Source: Promethearchaeota archaeon
GTDB taxonomy: Archaea; Asgardarchaeota; Lokiarchaeia; Sigyniarchaeales; SOKP01
Reading direction: 5' to 3'
DNA length: 64,000 bases
Assembly: GCA_016840165.1 (NCBI GenBank)
Contig: JAEOSU010000076.1
Span: 86,719-150,718, forward strand
In this document: piece after piece, positions 9,791-17,580 of the stretch
How positions within the stretch are numbered: position 1 is the stretch's first letter
How the letters are laid out: the number at the start of each line of letters is the position of its first letter
Notes under the pieces: model-generated
Told to the model about the DNA's origin: nothing
Databases searched by the model: none
The model's input: the letters and a program-made list of their open reading frames with translations, nothing else
Made by a program: the position numbers and the translations under genes

Positions 9791-10894
9791 TTAATATTTT
9801 GAAGGTTTTTTTGATTTTATTTTATATTTTGGTATTTCTTCGATTTTTCGTAATTGATTCTCAAAATCGCGTTTTTCTCTTAAAAATCGTTCTTTATCTC
9901 TTTCTAATTTACCTCTCTCTTTTTTAATTGTATTTTTTTCACTTTCAATGGTAATTTTTTCCTTTTCAATTTTAGCATAGTGATTCTTTAAATTTTTTAG
10001 TTTTCTTTCTAAATCTTGAATATTTTGCTCTAATGAACGATATGTTCTTTCAGCTTTCGGAACTTTCTTATTTAATTCTTTCAGTTTTGCTTCTTCCTCT
10101 TTTCTAGATTTTTCTAGATTTCTTACCTCTCTATTAACATTATCTCTGAACTCTTCTAAATTAATCTTTTTCTTTTCAATATCACGAGCTTTTAGGTTAA
10201 TGTCTTTTTTCTTATACTTAATTTTATCTTTATATTCTTTTAGACGTCTCTTCTCATCTTCAATACGATTCCGTTCATCTGTGAGTTCTCGTTTCATATC
10301 ATTAATATCATTATTAAGCATATCCTTCTCACTCTTTAATTGTTTGATCTCTTTTCTTAAGTCCATTAACTTGTCTTCGTGTTTTTCAATAGTACTCTCT
10401 AAAGCATTTTCCCTTCGTTCCATACCCGGTATTTTTGATTTAATCTCTTTAATCCGATCTTCTGTTTTAGCCTTTTCCTTCTGTAAATTGATTTTTTCAT
10501 TATCTAAGTCATCTTTAATAGCATTTAACTTATCTTGATAACGTTTTAAATCATTACTTTTTTTATCTAATTCCTTTTCTTTAATTTGGAGTGTATTTTT
10601 ATGTTGTTTTATATCATTTCTCATTGTTTCTATTTCATTTTTTAAATTATCGCGTTCCTTTAAGAGATTTCGAACTTCTAATTCCTTTTGTTTTCTTTTC
10701 TTCTCAAGATCATCAATATCATCGCTATAATCTTCAATCTTCTTTAAAACTTTTTCCCATTCAATTTTTTCTTTAACTAATTTAGCTTGCTCATCTTTTA
10801 TTTTTTTGAGTAATTTTTGATTTGTAATATTATCTATTTCATTTTGGGGTGTTTTTTCTCGAATTTGATATTTAGGAATAGGTTTATCGTTCAT
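9791..10894 (-). CDS. long coiled-coil protein (K/E-rich)
   Basis: 367 aa that are almost entirely charged heptad-like sequence. No enzymatic motif. Confidence 0.65.
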   Translation of the reverse strand: MNDKPIPKYQIREKTPQNEIDNITNQKLLKKIKDEQAKLVKEKIEWEKVLKKIEDYSDDIDDLEKKRKQKELEVRNLLKERDNLKNEIETMRNDIKQHKNTLQIKEKELDKKSNDLKRYQDKLNAIKDDLDNEKINLQKEKAKTEDRIKEIKSKIPGMERRENALESTIEKHEDKLMDLRKEIKQLKSEKDMLNNDINDMKRELTDERNRIEDEKRRLKEYKDKIKYKKKDINLKARDIEKKKINLEEFRDNVNREVRNLEKSRKEEEAKLKELNKKVPKAERTYRSLEQNIQDLERKLKNLKNHYAKIEKEKITIESEKNTIKKERGKLERDKERFLREKRDFENQLRKIEEIPKYKIKSKKPSKY

Positions 10895-11067
10895 TATAAT
10901 TGCAACACTAATCTTACATCTTTAGTAAATAATAGTGATATTTATTCTAAAGTGTTTGTGATTTGATTTTATGATTTTTTCAAATGATTAGAGCTTATTT
11001 ATATAATTTAGATACTATTATTTTCATAGTAAATTTATTATTAAACAAAGTGTATGGTGTTTAACTT

Positions 11068-11478
11068 ATGAATTTTGAAGATGAGGAGGAAGAATTCGAT
11101 GAAGAATTCGATGAAGAATTTGATGAAGATCTGGACGAAGATTTGGATGAAGAGAGAGATTTTGAATTAAAAAAACCAACTCCAGAAGTTCTTGCAACTA
11201 AAACTCCAAAAGGTACCATTAGCTCGGAAGCAAAAAAGATTTCCGTATATCTAATGTCAACAATAGGGCCGGGGGAAAAGAAACAAAAATTATTAATATA
11301 TACTGGATATCAGATTAAGGATATCAAGGAAACAGTGGCTAATATATTTGGTTTAGACCCCTCTGATTTTCATTTATCTACAGGAGGAGTCACAATGGAG
11401 GAGGGATTAACGCTAAATGATTATAATGTTAATGATGGAGATGATATTTTGTTAATTCCGGCTAGCACTGCTGGCTAA
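11068..11478 (+). CDS. ubiquitin-like beta-grasp protein Ubl1, acidic N-terminal extension, ends ...STAG-stop
   Basis: The C-terminal ~80 aa align with Ubl2 (13316-13660); the last 19 residues DYNVNDGDDILLIPASTAG are identical. Terminal Gly is followed directly by TAA. GGTG SD upstream. Confidence 0.8.
   Translation: MNFEDEEEEFDEEFDEEFDEDLDEDLDEERDFELKKPTPEVLATKTPKGTISSEAKKISVYLMSTIGPGEKKQKLLIYTGYQIKDIKETVANIFGLDPSDFHLSTGGVTMEEGLTLNDYNVNDGDDILLIPASTAG
11089..11160 (+). repeat. six tandem 12-nt coding repeats (GAAGAnnTnGAn) encoding (EEFD)3(EDLD)2EERD
   Basis: Read directly: gaagaattcgat x2, gaagaatttgat, gaagatctggac, gaagatttggat, gaagagagagat. Confidence 0.85.
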
Positions 11479-11523
11479 ATTGTCAAAATATTTAATATTT
11501 AAAATCAATAAGATATTTTTAAT

Positions 11524-12306
11524 CTATTTTTTATTTCTTGGAATTAAAGCAATTTCATCATCATCATCAATATTATACTCCCTTATAAGGGAATTTTCAT
11601 GTAATAATATTCCGCCAGAGGAGAGTAAAAAATCATCGAGATTATATCCAAAAAATACTGCTATTCTTTCTTTAAGATCTCTAATGAAATCTGATGATTC
11701 GATTATTAAAATTTTAGTTTTCTCTCCTGGTTCAACTAAGGACCTAACATAAACTCGTATTCTGTCTTGCATCCCTATTTTATTTTTTGGGGGATAATAA
11801 ATAATCTTTTTATTATTCTTAGCTTCCAACATAGATTCAATTAGGACTTTCCTCTCTTCAGCATCATAATATAATAATTCTCTGAGGAAAAATATCTTAT
11901 CCATTTTAGATAGATCTAATATTTCTATCTTCTCTAATTCTTCTGGAATAAATAATGAAAAAATAAACTCATGAAGTTTTGGTATTTCTTCATATGAATC
12001 ATCTGAATCAGCATAATCATCAATTAGAGGCATTGCTTCGAAATAATCATTTAAAAAAGCACTAGAAATTCCTTTATGTGGTTTTCTATTCAAAGGAATC
12101 TTCTTCTTTAAAATTAAATTATCGGGTTCTTTTTTAGATTCTATGATTGTATAGAGAGTAACACTAGGTAAAACAGCAACACTACTTATAATTAGGATTG
12201 AATTTAGAAGGATATGATCTATATTAAAGAAAATAAAGAGAAGATAGATTAAAATAAAGAATATATAGAGAATGATTGTACCAAATAATAGATGCTTTAG
12301 TTTCAT
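11524..12306 (-). CDS. membrane protein (2 N-terminal TM helices) with C-terminal ubiquitin-like domain lacking a terminal Gly
   Basis: C-terminal RVYVRSLVEPGEKTKILIIESSDFIRDLKERIAVFFGYNLDDFLLSSGGILLHENSLIREYNIDDDDEIALIPRNKK aligns residue-for-residue with the Ubl1/Ubl2 beta-grasp region. Confidence 0.75.
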   Translation of the reverse strand: MKLKHLLFGTIILYIFFILIYLLFIFFNIDHILLNSILIISSVAVLPSVTLYTIIESKKEPDNLILKKKIPLNRKPHKGISSAFLNDYFEAMPLIDDYADSDDSYEEIPKLHEFIFSLFIPEELEKIEILDLSKMDKIFFLRELLYYDAEERKVLIESMLEAKNNKKIIYYPPKNKIGMQDRIRVYVRSLVEPGEKTKILIIESSDFIRDLKERIAVFFGYNLDDFLLSSGGILLHENSLIREYNIDDDDEIALIPRNKK

Positions 12307-12391
12307 GATTTTATTTTTAATACCTACTTCTAAATTTTAAATATAAATCTCTTAATATAAATTCCATTGGAATAAATTTGCAATTTCTCTT

Positions 12392-12865
12392 TTATTCCTC
12401 ATTGATTAATTTTCTAACCTCAAAATATTTGTCTTCATTTAAGCAAAATAATACTATTCTATTTTGTCTTCTAATGGTTATCAGTTGTAATTTTTGTAAA
12501 ATCTTAAAATACTTTTTTATAGAATTATAATTTCTTTTTAGCCCATTTGCAATTTCGGTGATTTTAAATTCTTTTAAAGAATTTTTCTGTATGAAACTTA
12601 TTATTTCTTTGACGATACTTTGTTTTAAATAGAAATGTAATTCATCAAACTCAGGATTTAAATCAAATTTGAAAAATACTCGTTGATTTTCAAATTTTTT
12701 AGATCTTACAAATTGAAATTTCTCTAAACAAGATAAATGCCATAATACTTGATTACTTCCAATGTTTATTGCTTTCATAATCTCATTAATATTTGATGGT
12801 GTTTGTTTAATTAAATTAAAGATTTCATTTCTTACTGGATGTTCTATGATGTTATTCTTCATCAA
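12392..12865 (-). CDS. winged-helix (ArsR-like) transcription regulator with two wH modules
   Basis: HPVRNEIFNLI..INEIMKAINIGSNQVLWHLSCLEKFQFV is ArsR/SmtB-like. A second wH-like segment is ITEIANGLKRNYNSIKKYFKILQKLQLI. Confidence 0.65.
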   Translation of the reverse strand: MMKNNIIEHPVRNEIFNLIKQTPSNINEIMKAINIGSNQVLWHLSCLEKFQFVRSKKFENQRVFFKFDLNPEFDELHFYLKQSIVKEIISFIQKNSLKEFKITEIANGLKRNYNSIKKYFKILQKLQLITIRRQNRIVLFCLNEDKYFEVRKLINEE

Positions 12866-12866
12866 T

Positions 12867-13067
12867 TTAGTCCCAGGAATAAGGATTTTTTTTTTTAATA
12901 AGCTTCTTTATGATTTTTTCGATGCTATTTTTATTTATATTTGGGTTTAACTTTACCCTATTACTAATGAATAAGACGATATCTTCAATTGAAAAGAATG
13001 GTTTCTTTTTTAGATATTCTTTAATTAAGTCAAAAACAATATCTTCGGCATAATTGGGGGATTTCAT
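12867..13067 (-). CDS. small hypothetical protein (possible wH fragment)
   Basis: 66-aa ORF directly upstream of the wHTH gene, in a different frame. Confidence 0.35.
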   Translation of the reverse strand: MKSPNYAEDIVFDLIKEYLKKKPFFSIEDIVLFISNRVKLNPNINKNSIEKIIKKLIKKKNPYSWD

Positions 13068-13315
13068 TAGTGTATACTTCTAATATGTTAGATGAAATGA
13101 ATTTATTAATGATTTCTTTTATCTAAAATGTTATCTTTCAGTTCATATTAATTACTAACCATTTATTCAATTTATAAGTATATTTTCTTAGATTAATAAT
13201 GGTATTTATGTCTTTATTCAAGAATTTTCAAAATCATTCCAATTGGTTTTATAATATCATTTTAGCATGTTCTTAGTAAGTTTAAAAATAAACTTTCAAA
13301 AAATAAAAAAAAGAA

Positions 13316-13660
13316 GTGAAAAAAATGAGTTTTGATAATGATTTTGATGAGGAATTGGAACCATTAAAGTCTAAAACGCCTACAAGTAAAACACCTTCAG
13401 CAGGAAAGAAACTGACTCTATATTTTATGTCAACTATCGGTCCTGGTGAAAAGAAAGAAAAGTTAACCGTAAATGATGCTAATCAAGTCAGTGATATTAA
13501 AGAAACCTTAGGAAATTTATACGGTCTTGACCCTGATGAATTTCATTTATCATCTGGTGGAGTTACAATGGATGAAAGTAATCAATTAAAAGATTATAAC
13601 GTAAATGATGGAGACGACATTCTTTTAATTCCTGCGAGTACGGCGGGTAGACTTATATAA
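13316..13660 (+). CDS. ubiquitin-like beta-grasp protein Ubl2, pro-form ending ...STAG-RLI
   Basis: Paralog of Ubl1. A three-residue extension follows the Ala-Gly. The ATG at 13325, preceded by GAAGTGA, is the likelier start. Confidence 0.85.
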   Translation: MKKMSFDNDFDEELEPLKSKTPTSKTPSAGKKLTLYFMSTIGPGEKKEKLTVNDANQVSDIKETLGNLYGLDPDEFHLSSGGVTMDESNQLKDYNVNDGDDILLIPASTAGRLI

Positions 13661-13682
13661 TTTTCTATATAATTTATAATAA

Positions 13683-13716
13683 GAAGGCTTTAGTCCTTCA
13701 TTTATTTTTTTTTTAT
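13683..13716 (+). terminator. hairpin plus oligo-T tract between Ubl2 and E1
   Basis: GAAGG-ctttagt-CCTTC stem-loop (13683-13699) followed by tttattttttttttatt. Confidence 0.35.
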
Positions 13717-13727
13717 TAATAATTAAG

Positions 13728-14960
13728 GTGATAGGATTGGAGAAAAATTCAGATTTTTTTGGTAAAGAACTGTCAGTGGAGGAACGAGACTTATATGACC
13801 GCCAATTTCGCCTTGAAGGTTGGTCACAAAAGGTAGTAAAAAATTCGAGAGTCCTAATAGCAGGTGTAGGAGGTTTAGGTTGTGAAACTGCTAAAAATTT
13901 AGCTATGTTAGGTGTGGGTCATATCGATCTTGTTGATTTAGATATAATTGAACATTCTAATTTAAACCGACAAATACTTTTTACTGGTGCTCAAATAGGA
14001 GAATCCAAAGCGATTGTAGCTGCTAGAAAATTGAGGGAAGTAAATCCAAATATAACTATAAAAGGGTATTCTACCTCTTTAGAACGATTAAATCCTGAAA
14101 TTTATCAAGCCGTTGATATTGTGGTTGGTGGTCTTGATTCGATGATTGCTCGTTTAAACTTAAATGCGCAGTGTATAAGATTTAGAAAACCTTTAGTTGA
14201 TGGGGGCGTATCTGGTTATCATGGGCATATCTATACCGTGTTTCCTTATAAAAATGCCTGCTATGAGTGTAACCCATTACCTATTGGCGAAAGTGATGAA
14301 ATGGCAGCTTGTACTGTAGTTGGAATTCCCCGGAAAAGAATTCACTGTGTTTTTAAAGGGGATATGGCTTTTAGAGAAAAATTTGATAGAGATCCAAATC
14401 CAAAAGATATGAATGATATAAAATATATTCAAAAAGCGGCAAATGAATTAGTAAATAAACATAATTTCTTACCCGAATACACTGAAGATGATATTGTAAA
14501 AATTATTGATAGACATGATCCAGGATTAATTACAGTTAATGCCGTTATTTCTGCTTTACAGTCTCATGAGACTATAAAGATTATTCATTGGAAAAAAGGG
14601 CATAAAGGATTAGGAGCGCCCATACAGGATTATGTTATCTTTAATGGTATTACCATGAAATTATATCATATTGAAAAAAAAAGAAACCCAGAATGTTCTC
14701 AATGTGGAAGAAATGCTCGACGTGTTATTATAAAAATGAAAGCACAGTCACCTTGCATGAATATTATAAAAATTTTAAATCATCATGGGTATAACTTAGA
14801 GGAAAATTTTGAACCCATTATTACACTATTGGATTTCAATGATATACAAGTTATTGATTTAGAAAAGAATGCTAGAGAAAATGATTTACGTAATTTAGAA
14901 TTTTTAATTGTAGCTGGGTTTGTTGGTGGAGAAATTTATGTAACACTAAAATTAAAATGA
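13728..14960 (+). CDS. ubiquitin-activating E1-like enzyme (ThiF/UBA family)
   Basis: GVGGLGCE nucleotide loop and NLNRQ. Two CxxC pairs (CYEC, CSQC). MAACTVVGIPRKRIHC resembles the eukaryotic UBA3-type catalytic-Cys segment (Cys codon 14310-14312). C-terminal ~70 aa is a possible ubiquitin-fold domain. The TTG at 13737 after AAGGTGAT may be the true start. Confidence 0.9.
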   Translation: MIGLEKNSDFFGKELSVEERDLYDRQFRLEGWSQKVVKNSRVLIAGVGGLGCETAKNLAMLGVGHIDLVDLDIIEHSNLNRQILFTGAQIGESKAIVAARKLREVNPNITIKGYSTSLERLNPEIYQAVDIVVGGLDSMIARLNLNAQCIRFRKPLVDGGVSGYHGHIYTVFPYKNACYECNPLPIGESDEMAACTVVGIPRKRIHCVFKGDMAFREKFDRDPNPKDMNDIKYIQKAANELVNKHNFLPEYTEDDIVKIIDRHDPGLITVNAVISALQSHETIKIIHWKKGHKGLGAPIQDYVIFNGITMKLYHIEKKRNPECSQCGRNARRVIIKMKAQSPCMNIIKILNHHGYNLEENFEPIITLLDFNDIQVIDLEKNARENDLRNLEFLIVAGFVGGEIYVTLKLK

Positions 14961-15046
14961 ATTTATGATCAAAATAAATATTTATAATAATTGTCTTATC
15001 AAAAACTATAAGAATTGAAAATTAAAAAAAAAGGGGTTGAAAAAAA

Positions 15047-15574
15047 TTGAGTTTAAGAAGTAGTCGTATTTCTCGAGATTTTGCGGGTTTAAAAAAGATG
15101 CTTAAGAATGGAACCATGGTTCAATTAAAACCATTTAATCCAAAAAAAAAAAGTATTGATCATTTAGCTATTACTATCAGAGGTCCCAAAGGAACAGCTT
15201 ATGCAGGGGGTCTTTTTAAATTAGAAATGAAATTCCCTGCTCAATATCCTAAGCAGCCTCCATTTGTGAGACTCCATACACCAATTTGGCATCCAAATTT
15301 TTGGCCTAAACCAAGTGAATATAAAGGACAAAGAAATATCTGTTTAGCATTAGTTGATCCTTCTTTAGTTGGTAAAAAAGGAGGTTGGAGTCCTTCGAAA
15401 ACAGCAGTCACTATAGTGCAAGCAATAATTGCTATGTTAAATACACGCGGAAAATATGTTAATCCAACAGATGTATTTAATAAAAAAGCAGCAATCGAAA
15501 TGATAAAGGATCAAAAATTCTTCGAGAAAAAAGTTAAAAACCTAGTAAAGAAGTATGCAAAAGAAAAGTGGTGA
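15047..15574 (+). CDS. ubiquitin-conjugating E2 (UBC fold)
   Basis: HPNF...QRNICLAL gives an HPN motif and catalytic Cys (codon 15341-15343). The N-terminal helix SRISRDFAGLKKML is UBC-like. Confidence 0.87.
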   Translation: MSLRSSRISRDFAGLKKMLKNGTMVQLKPFNPKKKSIDHLAITIRGPKGTAYAGGLFKLEMKFPAQYPKQPPFVRLHTPIWHPNFWPKPSEYKGQRNICLALVDPSLVGKKGGWSPSKTAVTIVQAIIAMLNTRGKYVNPTDVFNKKAAIEMIKDQKFFEKKVKNLVKKYAKEKW

Positions 15575-16388
15575 AAATAATATGAAAAATGATGAAATTC
15601 CTGATGATCCAATTAGAGAAGCCATTAAACAAAAAATAAAAAACAAAATCAAAAAAGAATTACTTAAAGAAATATATTCGGAATTACAATTAGAAGAAGA
15701 AATTACAAACGAGATAACCACTGAAATAATTAGTGATCCTTTATTAGAGCATTCCGAGATCAATAAAGCTAATCTTGAACCGATTCCTTCAGAGATCGTA
15801 GAAACTTCTGCTAGTAATGGTAAATTTAAAGCACCTATAGCTATAAATGTAAAATCCATTCTAAAAATTGCCAGTCACGCATTAAAATATGCTCATTCAA
15901 AAATCCCAAGAGAAGAATGGGTTGAGGTTATTGGCTTACTTGCTGGAACATTTGATAAAATTCATAACGTTTTATATATTGAAGATGTTTATCCAATGGG
16001 ACATGGTAATGCTGTGTATGCGGAAATTAAAGATTATAAAAATTATGTAAGAGCTTTTAAAGATATCAAAAAAAGTAGATTGTTTATATGTGGCTGGTAT
16101 CACTCTCATCCATCCTATGGATGCTTTATGTCTAGAGAAGATTTAGGTACCCAATCGCGGTATCAAACATTATGGGATAAAGCAATAGCACTTGTAATTG
16201 ATCCTTATCAGATAAATGGAAAATCATTGGGTTTTGAAATTTATCGTGCGAATTTTAAAAAACGAGAGTGGTTTTCTGTACCTTTTGAGATTAATGGAAA
16301 TTTAGATGTGGGAATGTTACCTGAAATTTTGGATTTTATGAACCCAATTATAGAGGGGAAGGCTGCTTATTTAGAATATGATGAATAA
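15555..16388 (+). CDS. JAB1/MPN/Mov34 (JAMM) metalloisopeptidase, Rpn11-like, with ~95-aa N-terminal extension
   Basis: EVIGLLAG plus GWYHSHPSYGCFMSREDL give E...HxHx7Sx2D. An alternative start is the ATG at 15582, 8 nt after the E2 stop, with GGTGA as SD. Confidence 0.9.
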   Translation: MQKKSGENNMKNDEIPDDPIREAIKQKIKNKIKKELLKEIYSELQLEEEITNEITTEIISDPLLEHSEINKANLEPIPSEIVETSASNGKFKAPIAINVKSILKIASHALKYAHSKIPREEWVEVIGLLAGTFDKIHNVLYIEDVYPMGHGNAVYAEIKDYKNYVRAFKDIKKSRLFICGWYHSHPSYGCFMSREDLGTQSRYQTLWDKAIALVIDPYQINGKSLGFEIYRANFKKREWFSVPFEINGNLDVGMLPEILDFMNPIIEGKAAYLEYDE

Positions 16389-16408
16389 AATCAAAGGTTG
16401 ATTAATCT

Positions 16409-17548
16409 ATGGTAAAAAAGAAAAATTTGATAATCCTTCTTTTTGTCTTAATTGGTTTTGTCCATGGGTTGATCTCAATTTCATTAAATATTTTTCTAAC
16501 TTGGGTATTTATCGGTTTGTGGATATTTTTCATAATAAAAATTTTCGAAAACATAAAACAACATCGCGAATTTAATTCACCTTATAATACGGCATTTTTT
16601 GTTATTCTTCCTTTATTTATTGGGATCTTTTATTCTATGTGGGGCTACTATACGAATTTATTTGGTGAAAATCTCTTTATGAACTCCAATATCTATTTTA
16701 GTTTATGGAGCTTAATTTTTGGATTTCCATTTGTTTTATATGGATCTTATTCATTATATCGTTGCTTTAAAAAGTATAATGTGATCTATTTTGGGAGAAG
16801 AGCTGTAAAGGCTAAAGTGGTTGGATATCTACTATCATTCTCAATAATTTTTGGTATTATTCTTTATTGGATAATTTTTTACTCTATTATTGAGTTTTTT
16901 AATTATTTATTAATTCCTTTACATTTCTCTTTAGATTTAAATCTTTTAATCATTTTTATATTGACTATTCTAATTCTTATTTTATTTGGATTTTTAAATC
17001 CTCAAAGACGATTATCTCCTTTAACTCGAGAATATATAGCACAGCGTACTCGAAGAATTAATGCTCTCACAAGACCTAGTATTCAAAATCAGAGAGTAAA
17101 GACAACTAACCGATCAACTTCTCCCTCAACTAGAACAGTGACCCGATCAACTACTACTTCCTATAGATCCTCAAGGATCACTCCAAAATCTAAAAGCCAT
17201 GCGAGGAGAACAACAAGAACCACTGAAACTAAAAAGACAAAAACTAATCTAAAAATTCGAAATATAAATGCTTATAAGCCAAAAGCGGCATTTCTGACAG
17301 AAGAAGATTTCAAATGCATTTTCTGTTTTAATTTGCCAAAATTTCCCGAAGATAAAGGTAGAGGGATCATTTTATGCCCTAATTGTAGATATCCTTCCCA
17401 CGCAGATGAGTTTAAAGACTGGTTAAAAACTTCAAATTTATGTTCACGTTGTAGCGCACCCATTCCCTCTAGCTTTAGAAGAAATCCAAGAATTATTAGT
17501 ATAAAAAATTATATTTCTATCTATAAACAAATTTTAAAAAAAACATAA
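16409..17548 (+). CDS. polytopic membrane protein with S/T/R-rich linker and C-terminal RING-like zinc finger (candidate E3)
   Basis: About six hydrophobic helices in the first 200 aa. The linker is RSTSPSTRTVTRSTTTSYRSSR... The C-terminus is CIFC-x16-CPNC-x4-H-x13-CSRC. Confidence 0.7.
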   Translation: MVKKKNLIILLFVLIGFVHGLISISLNIFLTWVFIGLWIFFIIKIFENIKQHREFNSPYNTAFFVILPLFIGIFYSMWGYYTNLFGENLFMNSNIYFSLWSLIFGFPFVLYGSYSLYRCFKKYNVIYFGRRAVKAKVVGYLLSFSIIFGIILYWIIFYSIIEFFNYLLIPLHFSLDLNLLIIFILTILILILFGFLNPQRRLSPLTREYIAQRTRRINALTRPSIQNQRVKTTNRSTSPSTRTVTRSTTTSYRSSRITPKSKSHARRTTRTTETKKTKTNLKIRNINAYKPKAAFLTEEDFKCIFCFNLPKFPEDKGRGIILCPNCRYPSHADEFKDWLKTSNLCSRCSAPIPSSFRRNPRIISIKNYISIYKQILKKT

Positions 17549-17580
17549 TTAGATTGCATAATTCAAGTATTATCAAAGAA

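Noticed and set aside
10981-11067. A TTTATATA box at 10998-11005 could be the Ubl1 promoter, and similar TATA-like strings occur in other intergenic regions.
   Set aside because: TATA-like octamers occur by chance very frequently in this AT-rich DNA. Without TSS data I cannot distinguish real promoters, so they are not listed as features.
12392-13067. A tandem winged-helix protein next to the ubiquitin genes could be an ESCRT-II Vps25-like protein. Alternatively, the 66-aa and 157-aa ORFs could be one frameshifted gene.
   Set aside because: The first wH has a classical ArsR-type DNA-binding signature (HPVRNEIFNLI...VLWHL), which favours a transcription factor. The two ORFs are in different frames with their own plausible start, and I cannot show homology across the junction.
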